A stretch of DNA of 64,000 nucleotides, from the NCBI GenBank assembly GCA_017560085.1, contig JAFYPA010000075.1, positions 86-64,085 on the forward strand. The letters are read 5' to 3'. The stretch is from Clostridia bacterium (lineage in GTDB: Bacteria; Bacillota; Clostridia; Oscillospirales; CAG-382). The translations under genes and the position numbers were made by a program. The number at the start of each line of letters is the position of its first letter. Positions within the stretch are counted from its first letter, which is position 1. The notes under the pieces are model-generated. The model saw nothing but the letters and a program-made list of their open reading frames with translations. It was not told where the DNA came from and made no database searches. This document shows positions 1 to 11,123 of this stretch, in pieces.

Positions 1-731
1 CCCTTGATAAGGATATTATCGACGTTGGAAGTACGGTTACTACGGAGGCTGCGGTCAGGGGCGCGGATATAATTGTGTTTGCGCTTTATCCTCACGTTTT
101 TCTTGATTGGCTGGAGCAGTACCGTGATTTTATCTGTAAGGATACACTGATTACCGACGTTACGGGCGTTAAAACCGTGATTGTCGATAAGGTGCAGACG
201 GCACTTGGAGACAAGGCTGAGTTTATTGCGGCGCATCCTATGGCAGGCCGTGAGGTCGGTGGTGTGCATAACAGTAACGAGGCAATCTTTAAGGGCGCAA
301 ATTATATCGTCGTTCCTACGGAAAAGAATTCGGAGAACGCAATCGAGGTCTGCTGCGAGCTCGGTGAAATATTGGGCTTTCGCAGAATAAGCGTGCTTTC
401 TCCCGAGGAGCACGATAAAATGATTGCGTTTCTGTCGCAGCTGACTCACGCTATTGCCGTGGCTCTGATGTGTACTAACGGCGACCCGAAGCTGTGCGAC
501 TATACGGGCGACTCGTTCAGAGACCTTACGAGAATCGCAAATATCAACGACGCTATGTGGAGCGAGCTGTTCCTCCTTAACAAGGACGCACTCCTTGCGG
601 AAACGGATGCGTTTATAAGCCAGATGAATAAAATGCGTGATATGATCGCAGAGGGCGACAGAGACGGTATCCGTGAAATGATGAGAATGTCCACCGAGCG
701 CCGCAAGAGATTCAACAAGCCCGCTGTATAA
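1..731 (+). CDS. tyrA: prephenate dehydrogenase (TyrA family), 5' end outside window
   Basis: The reading frame is open from base 3 (LDKDIIDVGSTVTTEAAVRGADIIVFALYPH...). It continues through AAHPMAGRE and LSQLTHAIAV, which are typical of the PDH catalytic/dimerisation region. The track ORF 75-731 is only the part downstream of an internal GTG. Confidence 0.8.
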   Translation, partial: LDKDIIDVGSTVTTEAAVRGADIIVFALYPHVFLDWLEQYRDFICKDTLITDVTGVKTVIVDKVQTALGDKAEFIAAHPMAGREVGGVHNSNEAIFKGANYIVVPTEKNSENAIEVCCELGEILGFRRISVLSPEEHDKMIAFLSQLTHAIAVALMCTNGDPKLCDYTGDSFRDLTRIANINDAMWSELFLLNKDALLAETDAFISQMNKMRDMIAEGDRDGIREMMRMSTERRKRFNKPAV

Positions 732-808
732 TGCGCAGTTAAACAGAAAATTATATTTTAAAATAATTCTATATAATTCAAAGCAAAGAAAGGTTAAGGT
801 AAATTATT

Positions 809-1831
809 ATGATATTCAAGAGAAAACTTCCTATACCACAGGATATAAAGGCACAGTTCCCCCTTACACAGAAGATGATTGATGACAGACAGAAGAGCCT
901 TGAGGAGCTTAAGAGCGTTTTCGAGGGCAAGAGCGATAAGTTTGTGCTTGTGATTGGTCCTTGCTCTGCGGACAATAAGGACTCTGTGCTTGACTATATC
1001 TCAAGACTCCGTACAGTTCAGGATAAGGTGGCGGATAAGGTTATTATCGTTCCGAGAATTTATACAAATAAGCCCAGAACAAACGGCTCGGGCTATAAGG
1101 GAATGCTTCATCAGCCCGACCCCACAAAGGAGCCGGATATGCTTGAGGGAATTATCGCTATCCGTGATATCCATATGTGCGCACTCCGTGATTTGGGCTT
1201 CAGCTGTGCGGATGAAATGCTCTATCCCGAAAACCACAGATACCTCTCCGACCTTCTTGCTTATATCGCGGTAGGTGCCCGCTCGGTTGAAAATCAGCAG
1301 CACAGACTTACCGCCAGCGGTATGGACGTACCCGTAGGTATGAAGAACCCCACGGAGGGCGATATCTCCGTTATGATGAACGCTATCGTTGCGGCACAGC
1401 ACTCCCATACCTTCATCTACAGAGGCTGGGAGGTAACAAGTGAGGGCAACCCCTATGCTCATGCAATCCTCCGCGGATTTACCGATGCATTCGGCAGATG
1501 TATGCCCAACTACCACTACGAGGATCTTGTCCGTCTTAATGAAACTTACCATCAGATGGGACTTGCGAATCCCGCGGTTATCGTTGATGCAAACCACGCA
1601 AACAGCGGCAAGAAGTACCTCGAGCAGATAAGAATTACACACGACGTTATCAACAGCTGCAAGGTCAACCCCGATGTAAGAAAGCTCGTAAAGGGTATGA
1701 TGATTGAAAGCTACATTGAGGACGGCGCACAGAAGGTTGACGAGTGCACATACGGTAAGTCTATCACAGACCCCTGCCTCGGATGGGAGAAGACGGAAAG
1801 ACTTATTTATGATGTGGCGGAGAGCCTTTGA
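809..1831 (+). CDS. aroF: 3-deoxy-7-phosphoheptulonate (DAHP) synthase, class I (AroF/G/H type)
   Basis: 340 aa with IGPCS, KPRTNGSGYKGMLHQPDP and VIVDANHANSGK motifs. AG-rich RBS region upstream. Sits next to tyrA, giving an aromatic amino-acid context. Confidence 0.85.
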   Translation: MIFKRKLPIPQDIKAQFPLTQKMIDDRQKSLEELKSVFEGKSDKFVLVIGPCSADNKDSVLDYISRLRTVQDKVADKVIIVPRIYTNKPRTNGSGYKGMLHQPDPTKEPDMLEGIIAIRDIHMCALRDLGFSCADEMLYPENHRYLSDLLAYIAVGARSVENQQHRLTASGMDVPVGMKNPTEGDISVMMNAIVAAQHSHTFIYRGWEVTSEGNPYAHAILRGFTDAFGRCMPNYHYEDLVRLNETYHQMGLANPAVIVDANHANSGKKYLEQIRITHDVINSCKVNPDVRKLVKGMMIESYIEDGAQKVDECTYGKSITDPCLGWEKTERLIYDVAESL

Positions 1832-1840
1832 TTAAATAAT

Positions 1841-1882
1841 GCATAATTCATAATGCATAATGCATAATGCATAATGCATAAT
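1841..1882. repeat. tandem heptamer array, GCATAAT x6 (one unit TCATAAT)
   Basis: Read directly from the sequence, immediately after the aroF stop codon. Confidence 0.95.
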
Positions 1883-1884
1883 AA

Positions 1885-1918
1885 AGACCGCCAAGACCGC
1901 TTGCGGTCTTCACGGTCT
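1885..1918. terminator. compound hairpin AGACCG-cc-AAGACCGC-tt-GCGGTCTT-ca-CGGTCT between convergent aroF and atpC
   Basis: 14 paired positions with a 2-nt internal loop. No clear T-tract, so terminator function is inferred from its position. The 18-nt core CCAAGACCGCTTGCGGTC recurs at 53350-53367. Confidence 0.45.
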
Positions 1919-2025
1919 CGGATGGAAGCTTCGTTTCCTTCATTTAATTAAATTTGCTATAGGTGTTGATTTTGGATTCCTCGGGGGGCTTTGGCTTCTC
2001 GGGGAATTCGTTTTTTGCAAAAAAA

Positions 2026-2055
2026 ACAGCCGACGGGATGTGAGATGTCGACTGT
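2026..2055 (-). terminator. intrinsic terminator of the atp operon
   Basis: On the minus strand, stem ACAGTCGAC / GTCGGCTGT (one mismatch) is followed by a run of 8 T. It lies 15 nt after the atpC stop. Confidence 0.6.
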
Positions 2056-2069
2056 TGTCTTTTATGATG

Positions 2070-2333
2070 TTATTCTTTCCATTTGAAGCTGCCTGCAAGG
2101 AGTGTTACCTTGTCCTTGGCAACTGTCAGGATTCCGCCTTCGGTTGTGCCGATTTTTTCCTCGCCGTCCTCGAATTCGATTTTGCATTCACCGGGGACAA
2201 CAGAGGTGATGAAGGGGACGTGGCCTGCCATTACGGCAAGGTCGCCCATTGCGCCACGGAGGGAAAGGTTTACGATTTCACCGCTGAACAAATCGCCGTC
2301 CGGTGAAGAAACGGTCAATTTAAATGTTGTCAT
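2070..2333 (-). CDS. atpC: F1 ATP synthase epsilon subunit, beta-sandwich domain only (87 aa)
   Basis: MTTFKLTVSSPDGDLFSGEI...MAGHVPFIT... matches the epsilon N-terminal domain. Located directly downstream of atpD. It ends at 87 aa with no helical C-terminal domain. Confidence 0.85.
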   Translation of the reverse strand: MTTFKLTVSSPDGDLFSGEIVNLSLRGAMGDLAVMAGHVPFITSVVPGECKIEFEDGEEKIGTTEGGILTVAKDKVTLLAGSFKWKE

Positions 2334-2336
2334 GGC

Positions 2337-3740
<1,404 letters not shown>

Positions 3741-3779
3741 CTATCCTTTTTTGTAAGTGAAAAGGGGGGAATGTTCAAT

Positions 3780-3807
3780 GCATAATGCATAATGCATAAT
3801 GCATAAT
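3780..3807. repeat. heptamer array GCATAAT x4 (left arm of an inverted pair)
   Basis: Read directly. The reverse-complement array lies at 3924-3951. Confidence 0.95.
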
Positions 3808-3923
3808 CAATGTTGATTTTGCAGGCAAAATCTTCAATTGCGATTTTATGATTTTTTAATTTTGATTTGCTGTATTTTTATTTCAATTCAAAATGCAGAT
3901 TTCACGAAGTGAAATCCTCATCA

Positions 3924-3951
3924 ATTATGCATTATGCATTATGCATTATGC
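3924..3951. repeat. heptamer array ATTATGC x4 (right arm, reverse complement of 3780-3807)
   Basis: Read directly. The two 28-nt arms are perfectly complementary and separated by 116 nt. Confidence 0.95.
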
Positions 3952-3972
3952 ATTTAAATTTGCCTCGCAAAT

Positions 3973-4779
3973 TTACTGCTCTCCGCTTCCCGCCACGATT
4001 TCCGTGATTTCCTGAGTGATTGCGCTCTGTCTTGCACGGTTGTAGCGGAGGCTGAGGGAGTCTATCATTTCCTGAGCGTTCTTGCCTGCACTGTCCATAG
4101 CGCATCTTCTTGCGGCAACCTCACTTGTGAAGCTTTCTCGCACGGAGGCTACCAGGATGCCTGTTACATACTCAAGAACCGCACCGTTCAGAATCGTCAG
4201 CTCGTCGGGCTCGAAGATTACGCCCGCACTTTGCTTGGCTTCTGTTTTTTCAAGAGGGAGAATCCACTTGATTTCAGCCTCCTGACTCATCATGGATACG
4301 TATTTTGTGCAGATGATACCGATTCTTTCATATTCACCGCTTGCAAAATCATCGCAGAGCTTTTTTGCGATTTCCATTGCCTCGGAGTAGGAAAAGCCCT
4401 CTGCACGAAGAAGCTTTGTGCCGTATCTGTCGCAGGCACGCTTGCCGATGCCGATGTATTCTGCGTTTGCATATTCCTTTGCAAGACGGAACACATTTGC
4501 GTTATATCCGCCCGCAAGACCTCTGTCACCCGCAATTACGACGATTTCTGTTTTGCCGCCGTCCTTTTTCTGCATATAGGGGCTTTTTGCACATTCGGGG
4601 CTCTGTGTCAGAAGCGATACCGCATCGCGTACAGCGGCTTCGTACTGGCGTCCCTTGTTCATGGCTTCGGTTGCTCTTCTTATTTTTGAAGATGCAACGA
4701 GTCCCATTGCCTTTGTAAGGTGAAGGGTCGAGGTTACGCTTTTGATTCGGGTACGAAGACTTTTTATATCCTGTGCCAC
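3973..4779 (-). CDS. atpG: F1 ATP synthase gamma subunit
   Basis: 268 aa, with N-terminus IKSLRTRIKSVTSTLHLTKAMGLVASSKIRRA and C-terminus NRARQSAITQEITEIVAG. Confidence 0.95.
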   Translation of the reverse strand: MAQDIKSLRTRIKSVTSTLHLTKAMGLVASSKIRRATEAMNKGRQYEAAVRDAVSLLTQSPECAKSPYMQKKDGGKTEIVVIAGDRGLAGGYNANVFRLAKEYANAEYIGIGKRACDRYGTKLLRAEGFSYSEAMEIAKKLCDDFASGEYERIGIICTKYVSMMSQEAEIKWILPLEKTEAKQSAGVIFEPDELTILNGAVLEYVTGILVASVRESFTSEVAARRCAMDSAGKNAQEMIDSLSLRYNRARQSAITQEITEIVAGSGEQ

Positions 4780-4783
4780 GATA

Positions 4784-6277
4784 TCACCTCTTTAATTCGT
4801 TAAGCGCTGCCTTGAGGGCTTCAACATCCTCGTCCTCGTAGTAGCCGCTCTCGAATCTTTCAAGAAGCTTTGCGTACTTTGTTTCAAGAAGGAGATAGAG
4901 ATTCTTTTCGTATTCGGCAACCTTGGATACCTCGATTTCGTCGAGATAGCCGTTTGTAACCGCGTAAACTATCGCAACCTGACATCCCGCACGGACGGGA
5001 GAATTTCTGCCCTGCTTGAGGACCTCAACGATTCTCTCACCGAGTGCAAGTCTTGCCTTGGTGTCCGCATCAAGGTCACTTCCGAACTGAGCGAAGCCCT
5101 GAAGCTCTCTGTACTGTGAGTAAAGAAGCTTTAAGGGACCGGAAACCTTCTTAACCGCCTTGAGCTGTGCCGCGCCGCCAACTCGTGATACCGAAATACC
5201 GGGGTTGATAGCGGGACGGATGCCCGAGTGGAAAAGCTCTGTTTCAAGGAATATCTGACCGTCTGTAATGGAAATTACGTTTGTGGGGATATATGCGGAA
5301 ACGTCGCCCGCCTGAGTTTCGATGATGGGGAGAGCCGTGATTGAGCCTCCGCCGTATTCGGGAGCAACGCACGCCGCTCTTTCAAGAAGTCTTGAGTGGA
5401 GATAGAATACGTCACCGGGATAAGCTTCTCTGCCCGGAGGTCTTCTGATGAGAAGGGAAAGTGCACGGTAAGCCACCGCGTGCTTTGAAAGGTCGTCGTA
5501 TACAATAAGAACGTCCTTCCCCTGTTCTCTGAAGTATTCCGCCATAGCACAGCCTGCATAGGGTGCTACATACTGAAGGGGCGCTGTTTCGGAGGCGGAT
5601 GCGGATACAACGATTGTGTATTCCATAGCGCCTGCCTTTGTAAGGTCGTTTACAAGCTGAACAACAGAGGACGCCTTCTGACCTATTGCTACATAGATAC
5701 AGATAACGTTCTTGCCCTTCTGGTTTATAATGGTATCCGTTGCGATAACGGTCTTACCTGTCTGTCTGTCGCCGATGATAAGCTCTCTCTGACCTCTGCC
5801 GATTGGAATCATAGCGTCAATAGCCTTGATGCCTGTCTGGAGAGGAACGGATACGGATTTTCTTTCGATAATGCCGGTAGCTTCCGATTCAACGGGTCTT
5901 ATTTCCGTTGTTGCAACGGGACCCTTGCCGTCGATGGGAGCACCGAGAGCATTTACTACTCTGCCGAGAAGAGCCTCACCTACGGGAACGGAAAGAACTC
6001 TGCCCGTTCTCTTTACGGTTGTACCCTCACGGATATCGTTGTCATTTGAAAGAAGTGCAACGGAAACTGTGTCCTCTTCGAGGTTCTGTGCCATACCGTA
6101 GGAGCCGTCCTCGAATTCGAGAAGCTCGCCTGACATACAGGAGCGCAGACCGTAAACTCTTGCAATACCGTCACCGACGAGTATAACCGAGCCTGTTTCC
6201 TTCATTTCTATTCTTGACTTGTAGTTTTTAATCTGTTCTTTAATGATGTTGCTGATTTCTGCGGGATTTGAACTCAT
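4784..6277 (-). CDS. atpA: F1 ATP synthase alpha subunit
   Basis: 497 aa with GDRQTGKT Walker A, plus [27 protein letters not shown]. Confidence 0.98.
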   Translation of the reverse strand: MSSNPAEISNIIKEQIKNYKSRIEMKETGSVILVGDGIARVYGLRSCMSGELLEFEDGSYGMAQNLEEDTVSVALLSNDNDIREGTTVKRTGRVLSVPVGEALLGRVVNALGAPIDGKGPVATTEIRPVESEATGIIERKSVSVPLQTGIKAIDAMIPIGRGQRELIIGDRQTGKTVIATDTIINQKGKNVICIYVAIGQKASSVVQLVNDLTKAGAMEYTIVVSASASETAPLQYVAPYAGCAMAEYFREQGKDVLIVYDDLSKHAVAYRALSLLIRRPPGREAYPGDVFYLHSRLLERAACVAPEYGGGSITALPIIETQAGDVSAYIPTNVISITDGQIFLETELFHSGIRPAINPGISVSRVGGAAQLKAVKKVSGPLKLLYSQYRELQGFAQFGSDLDADTKARLALGERIVEVLKQGRNSPVRAGCQVAIVYAVTNGYLDEIEVSKVAEYEKNLYLLLETKYAKLLERFESGYYEDEDVEALKAALNELKR

Positions 6278-6810
6278 TTCGCTATCACATCCTTTACGTC
6301 GTAAAGCTTCTTGCGGACACTGCCGTCAATAACCTTACCGCCAATTTCAATAATAAGTCCGCCAATGATGGAGGCATCAACGGTGCAATTGAGCGTTACC
6401 GTACAGCCTTCCTTTTCACTGAGCTTCTTTATAAGTGCGTTCTTTTCCTCCTCTGTAAGCTCGACTGCACTTGTGACGTTTGCCACGGAGCGCTTTTCGT
6501 GCTCGGAGAGAAGCTTTTTGTAAATTTCGAAGCATTCCTCGAAATCCGAGATTCTGCCCTTTTCACAGAGTATCTTAAGGAATGAAACCATATGCTCGGG
6601 CATTGAGGCAAAAGCCTCGTCCACAGCCTTTGTTCTTTCCTCTATCGGGATACTCGGGCAGGATAAAAATTCAAGGTAGTCGGGCGATTCCTTAAAGAGT
6701 GCGGAAGCAATTTCGAGGCATCCGAAGTACTCCCTTTCGCTTTTTTCCTCAAGGGCAAGCGAGAAGAGGGCGGTTGCGTATTCGTTACTTATTTCCGTCA
6801 TCGCCGTCAC
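6274..6810 (-). CDS. atpH: F1 ATP synthase delta (OSCP) subunit
   Basis: 178 aa, YATALFSLA start, position between atpF and atpA, and a 4-nt overlap with atpA. The start could instead be the internal ATG at 6801. Confidence 0.85.
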   Translation of the reverse strand: MTAMTEISNEYATALFSLALEEKSEREYFGCLEIASALFKESPDYLEFLSCPSIPIEERTKAVDEAFASMPEHMVSFLKILCEKGRISDFEECFEIYKKLLSEHEKRSVANVTSAVELTEEEKNALIKKLSEKEGCTVTLNCTVDASIIGGLIIEIGGKVIDGSVRKKLYDVKDVIAK

Positions 6811-7297
6811 CTATGTTGTTTATGAAGGAATCAATAAGCTTTCTGTGGTCGTCCGTCTTGATTTCACGCTCAAGCATTTTTTCGGAAAGAAGGGTGGATA
6901 CGTCCGCAATGTCCTTTTTGATGCTGTCGTATGCCTTCTTCTTTTCAAGCTCTGCCTGATTCTGTGCCTGACGGAGGATGCCTTCGGCCTTGTCCTTTGC
7001 CTCGGCAACTATTTCGTCGCCGCGTCTTGCTGCGCTTTCAGACGCAGATTTGATTATTGTATCCGCTTCATCCTTGGCAGAGGCGAGCTTTTCCTCCCAC
7101 ATAGCCTTGCTTTCCATAGCGTTCTTTTCGGCGCTTGCGGCATTTTCATACTGCGCATCAACCTCCGACTGACGCTTGGCAATCATATTCTTAACGGGCT
7201 TAAAAAGGAATTTTTTAAGGATAAGGAACATAATTGTAAGGTTAAGAAGAGAAATTACTATCTGCCAGAAATTTACGGAAATTACATCCAAAGTCAT
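6785..7297 (-). CDS. atpF: Fo ATP synthase b subunit
   Basis: 170 aa with one N-terminal TM helix followed by a long charged, Ala-rich helix. Operon position supports the call. Confidence 0.85.
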   Translation of the reverse strand: MTLDVISVNFWQIVISLLNLTIMFLILKKFLFKPVKNMIAKRQSEVDAQYENAASAEKNAMESKAMWEEKLASAKDEADTIIKSASESAARRGDEIVAEAKDKAEGILRQAQNQAELEKKKAYDSIKKDIADVSTLLSEKMLEREIKTDDHRKLIDSFINNIGDGDDGNK

Positions 7298-7347
7298 TCT
7301 GAAATTTCCTTTCGGTCAAAGCAACCGTAAAAGCTGCTGTAAGTTTA

Positions 7348-7671
<324 letters not shown>

Positions 7672-7704
7672 TTACCTCCAAAGTTGTAAAAAATAATTTT
7701 TTAA

Positions 7705-7742
7705 ATGCAAAATGCAAAATGCAAAGTGCAAAATGCAAAATG
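7705..7742. repeat. heptamer array ATGCAAA x5 (one unit GTGCAAA) in the atpB-atpE spacer
   Basis: Read directly. Confidence 0.95.
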
Positions 7743-7750
7743 TTTTCGCT

Positions 7751-8653
7751 TTAGTTTGCTGATGAATTCTGTGCCTTGAGCTGTTTTTTGCGTTTTCTTC
7801 GCTCGTATTCGTCTATATCGAAGCCACCTGCTACATAGAGCATTGTGAGCATCGCGAAGATATACGCCTGAAGAAGTCCTGAGAACAAGTCAAAGTACAG
7901 AGAGAGAATTGCGGGAAGACCTACCTGCAAAAACGGGAAGCTGCCGAGGAAGCCCGGGAGCCAGCCGAGAAGCATATGGGAAAGTCCCTGAAGTCCCGTC
8001 GCGATAAGAACTGCGATAACCGAGCCGGAGAGCACATTACCGTAATGACGGAATGCCATAGAGATAGGCGTTGCGATTTCACTTATAATGTTAAGCGGAG
8101 CCATTGCAACCGGGTTACAGAAGCTCTTGACATACATTACGGGACCGCACTTGAACTTATAATAGGTTATAAGAATAAATACAAGTATCGCCCAGCCTGC
8201 CGTGATGTTCACATCAGAGGTCGGCGGGAAAAGTCCAAGAAGCGAGGAAAGGCTTGAGAGAGCGGAGAGTGTGAGGATTGCCGCAATGAAGGGAGCAAAG
8301 CCCACGAAGTATTCGCCCATACTGCCCTTAACCATGCTTTCGCAGGCTTCAACAGCCCACTCTGCGAGCACCTGACGCTTAAGCTTTCCCTTGACGCTTA
8401 TTCCGTGGGTCATATAAAGGCATATGCCGAGAACGGCAATAATTACAAGCCAGGAATTTATCTGCGCTTCGGTGATTACCAGATTCTGAATCGGGAAGGG
8501 GATATCGAGATAAATCTGCGCACCCGTGATAGAGATACCCGTTGTCGCCTGCTTTGTAAGAATCTTGAGAGTCATACCCGCAATGAACGGAAGCACCATC
8601 ATAAGGATATACAGAATATCCACCGCAATAAAGCTGCGGCTTTTTTGTTTCAT
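7751..8653 (-). CDS. atpB: Fo ATP synthase a subunit
   Basis: Multi-pass membrane protein with ISMAFRHYGNVLSG (the conserved Arg helix). I place the start at ATG 8653 (MKQKSRSF), behind a GGAGGTG RBS. The longer track ORF would overlap atpI. Confidence 0.9.
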   Translation of the reverse strand: MKQKSRSFIAVDILYILMMVLPFIAGMTLKILTKQATTGISITGAQIYLDIPFPIQNLVITEAQINSWLVIIAVLGICLYMTHGISVKGKLKRQVLAEWAVEACESMVKGSMGEYFVGFAPFIAAILTLSALSSLSSLLGLFPPTSDVNITAGWAILVFILITYYKFKCGPVMYVKSFCNPVAMAPLNIISEIATPISMAFRHYGNVLSGSVIAVLIATGLQGLSHMLLGWLPGFLGSFPFLQVGLPAILSLYFDLFSGLLQAYIFAMLTMLYVAGGFDIDEYERRKRKKQLKAQNSSAN

Positions 8654-8654
8654 T

Positions 8655-9065
8655 TTAGCTTTCACCTCCTTCGGTGATTTTCTCTTTTTTGCCGAAAAGG
8701 GGAGCAAAGGCAATTGCTATTCTCGGGAATGCCACGGGAATGAGCGATGCCCAGATGTTGAATGCCTTCGGTAACAGCACAGCCGTTGCGAGAAAGGCGA
8801 ACATCATAACATTCCGCAGAGCCATAGAGGTCTGCACCGTCTTTTTTGCCTCCTTCGGCTCAAGGGCTACCGCCTTCTGAACGAATAACCCCATAAGGAA
8901 AAAGTTGAGGACAACCGCAAATCCGATAAAAAGATTACCGAAAAGAACGGTTTTGTCCCATCTGCCGATAAGCAGGAAAACGGCTTGCATAATCACGCTG
9001 AGAGCCAGCACGAAAAGTGCGATATACCGAGTTTCACGCATGACGGCGGAATCGATTTTTTTCAT
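8655..9065 (-). CDS. atpI: AtpI-like small membrane protein, first gene of the atp operon
   Basis: About 136 aa with four hydrophobic segments, located ahead of atpB. ATG at 9065 is preceded by AGAGG. The track start at 9083 is a TTG. Confidence 0.7.
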   Translation of the reverse strand: MKKIDSAVMRETRYIALFVLALSVIMQAVFLLIGRWDKTVLFGNLFIGFAVVLNFFLMGLFVQKAVALEPKEAKKTVQTSMALRNVMMFAFLATAVLLPKAFNIWASLIPVAFPRIAIAFAPLFGKKEKITEGGES

Positions 9066-9115
9066 TTTTACCTCTTTTGCCAAAGTATTTTTTATAAAAA
9101 CTCAACAATAATATT

Positions 9116-9144
9116 ATTATACTATTTTTTTGCCTCTTTGTCAA
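9116..9144 (-). promoter_or_regulatory. consensus sigmaA-type promoter for the atp operon
   Basis: Minus strand reads TTGACA, a 17-nt spacer, then TATAAT. It lies about 50 nt upstream of atpI. Confidence 0.6.
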
Positions 9145-9237
9145 GTAAAACCGACCGCAGGAATATTTTTTTACAAAATGTTTCAGTTGATACAAAAAAG
9201 TTAATATAAGGTTGATTTTTCCGTGCATTTACACCGC

Positions 9238-9897
9238 TTACAGAAGGATAAATTTGCTTTTTTCGCAATCTATAATTCCCTCGCGGCGAAGCTTGCTTAT
9301 TTCTGCGGAAAGTCCGCTTCTTTCAACCTCGAGATAATCCGCAAGCTCCTGACGGTCAAAGGGGATTTCAAACTCGGAGGAGCCTGCTTTTTCCGCCATA
9401 TACATAAGGTAGGTCATAAGCTTTTCACGGGTGCTTCGCTTTGAGGTGACCTCGATTTTTCTGTGGAACATAAGATTCTTCCGTGCAAGCTCCTTCATAA
9501 GGTTGTAAATAATCTGTCTGTGGAAGCCGCAGGCGTTTGTGCAGGTGGAGAGAATTCTTTCGCAATCAATAAGCATAATTTCGCCCGGTTCGTTAACAAT
9601 AACCGACAGAGGTATTTTGTCAACGCCCGCACAGGCAAAGGATTCACCGAACATCTCCGAGACTTCAGCGTGTGATACAATGCTTCTGTTGCCGTAGTAG
9701 TCCACCTTTATCATCTGTACACTGCCCGAAAGAACTATGCCGATGTACTTTGCGGGATTGCCCTCCGCAAGGACGGTGTATTTTTTATCATAGCTTTCAA
9801 CTCTCGCTCCGAGACACTCAAGAAGGGCAATAAGGCTACTGTCCTCGATGTCATTGAAGAGCGGGCATTTACGAAGAACATCAAAATATTTTTTCAT
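9238..9897 (-). CDS. Crp/Fnr family transcriptional regulator
   Basis: 219 aa with an N-terminal cNMP-binding-like beta-roll and a C-terminal HTH (RQELADYLEVERSGLSAEISKLRREGII). Confidence 0.85.
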   Translation of the reverse strand: MKKYFDVLRKCPLFNDIEDSSLIALLECLGARVESYDKKYTVLAEGNPAKYIGIVLSGSVQMIKVDYYGNRSIVSHAEVSEMFGESFACAGVDKIPLSVIVNEPGEIMLIDCERILSTCTNACGFHRQIIYNLMKELARKNLMFHRKIEVTSKRSTREKLMTYLMYMAEKAGSSEFEIPFDRQELADYLEVERSGLSAEISKLRREGIIDCEKSKFILL

Positions 9898-9929
9898 TTT
9901 TCGAAAAATTCCTCAACTTTTTTGATTTT

Positions 9930-9945
9930 TGTTGAAATTTCAACA
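9930..9945. promoter_or_regulatory. perfect 16-bp palindrome TGTTGAAATTTCAACA, candidate Rex-type (or Crp/Fnr) operator upstream of ldhA
   Basis: The palindrome was read directly. With its flanks it reads TTGTTGAAATTTCAACAG. The Clostridial Rex consensus as I recall it is TTGTTAAnnnnTTAACAA. It overlaps the -35 region of a TATACT/TATAAT -10 at 9962-9972. Confidence 0.4.
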
Positions 9946-10029
9946 GACATTTTGAGTTTATTATACTATAATAGCATCAGAAAAGCAAGAGGAAATTCGA
10001 TAAAACCAAAATTTACGGAGTGATAATAA

Positions 10030-11064
10030 ATGAAATTTGCTTTTTTCGATACCAAGCCCTACGACAGACCCGCCTTTGAAAGGTACGGCGAGGAAAAGGG
10101 CATAAAATTTAAATTCTACGAAACCAAACTTACCGAGGATACCGTAAGCCTTGCAAACGGATACGACGGTGTCTGTGTATTTGTAAACGATACGGTGAAC
10201 GCGGCTGTTATAGACAGACTCTGCGAAATGGGAGTAAAGGTTGTTGCACTCAGATGTGCGGGCTTCAATAATGTTGATATGAAGTACGCCTACGGAAAAA
10301 TTCACGTTCTGCGTGTCCCCGCATATTCACCCTACGCCGTTGCGGAGCATACAATCGCAATGCTTCTCACATCTGTCAGAAGAATTCATAAGGCATACAT
10401 CAGAACAAGGGATTTCAACTTTTCCCTTGCGGGTATGACGGGCTTTGACCTTCACGGAAAGACGGTCGGTGTAATCGGAACGGGTAAAATCGGAAGGGTG
10501 TTCATCAACATCTGCCGCGGCTTCGGAATGAAGGTTATCGCATATGACAAGTTCCCCGCAAAGGAAATAGAGGACGGCGAAAGCGTAAAATACGCAGAGC
10601 TTGACGAGCTGTTCGCAAAAAGCGATATCATCTCTCTCCATTGCCCTCTGACGGAGGACACCTACCACCTTATAAATGAAGAAACCATAGACAAGTGCAA
10701 AAAGGGAGTGATTCTCCTTAACACCTCAAGAGGCGCACTTGTGGATGCGGAAGCACTCCTTTCGGGAATCAAGGACAGAAAAATCGGTGCGGCGTGCCTT
10801 GATGTATACGAGGAGGAGGCGGACTTCTTCTTTGAGGACTTTTCGGGACGCATCATTTCCGATGATACTCTTGCAAGACTTATCTCGATGCCCAATGTTA
10901 TTGTAAGCTCCCATCAGGCGTTCCTTACAAACGAGGCACTTGAAAATATAGCGGAAACCACGGTGAACAATATAGTCGGCTTTTTCGAAAGCGGCACCTG
11001 CCCCAACGAGCTCTGCTACAGATGCGGAAGCACAGAGGACTGCAAGACGGGAAAATGCTTTTGA
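10030..11064 (+). CDS. ldhA: D-lactate dehydrogenase / D-isomer-specific 2-hydroxyacid dehydrogenase
   Basis: 344 aa: MKFAFFDTKPYD..., NAD site GVIGTGKIGRV, then SRG...D and SHQAFLT. Carries an extra Cys-rich tail, CPNELCYRCGSTEDCKTGKCF. Confidence 0.9.
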   Translation: MKFAFFDTKPYDRPAFERYGEEKGIKFKFYETKLTEDTVSLANGYDGVCVFVNDTVNAAVIDRLCEMGVKVVALRCAGFNNVDMKYAYGKIHVLRVPAYSPYAVAEHTIAMLLTSVRRIHKAYIRTRDFNFSLAGMTGFDLHGKTVGVIGTGKIGRVFINICRGFGMKVIAYDKFPAKEIEDGESVKYAELDELFAKSDIISLHCPLTEDTYHLINEETIDKCKKGVILLNTSRGALVDAEALLSGIKDRKIGAACLDVYEEEADFFFEDFSGRIISDDTLARLISMPNVIVSSHQAFLTNEALENIAETTVNNIVGFFESGTCPNELCYRCGSTEDCKTGKCF

Positions 11065-11074
11065 AAAATTAAAA

Positions 11075-11095
11075 ATGCAAAATGCAAAATGCAAA
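11075..11095. repeat. heptamer array ATGCAAA x3
   Basis: Read directly. Lies between the ldhA stop and the next gene's start. Confidence 0.9.
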
Positions 11096-11123
11096 ATTGA
11101 ATTTACGGAACGGAGTGATACAG

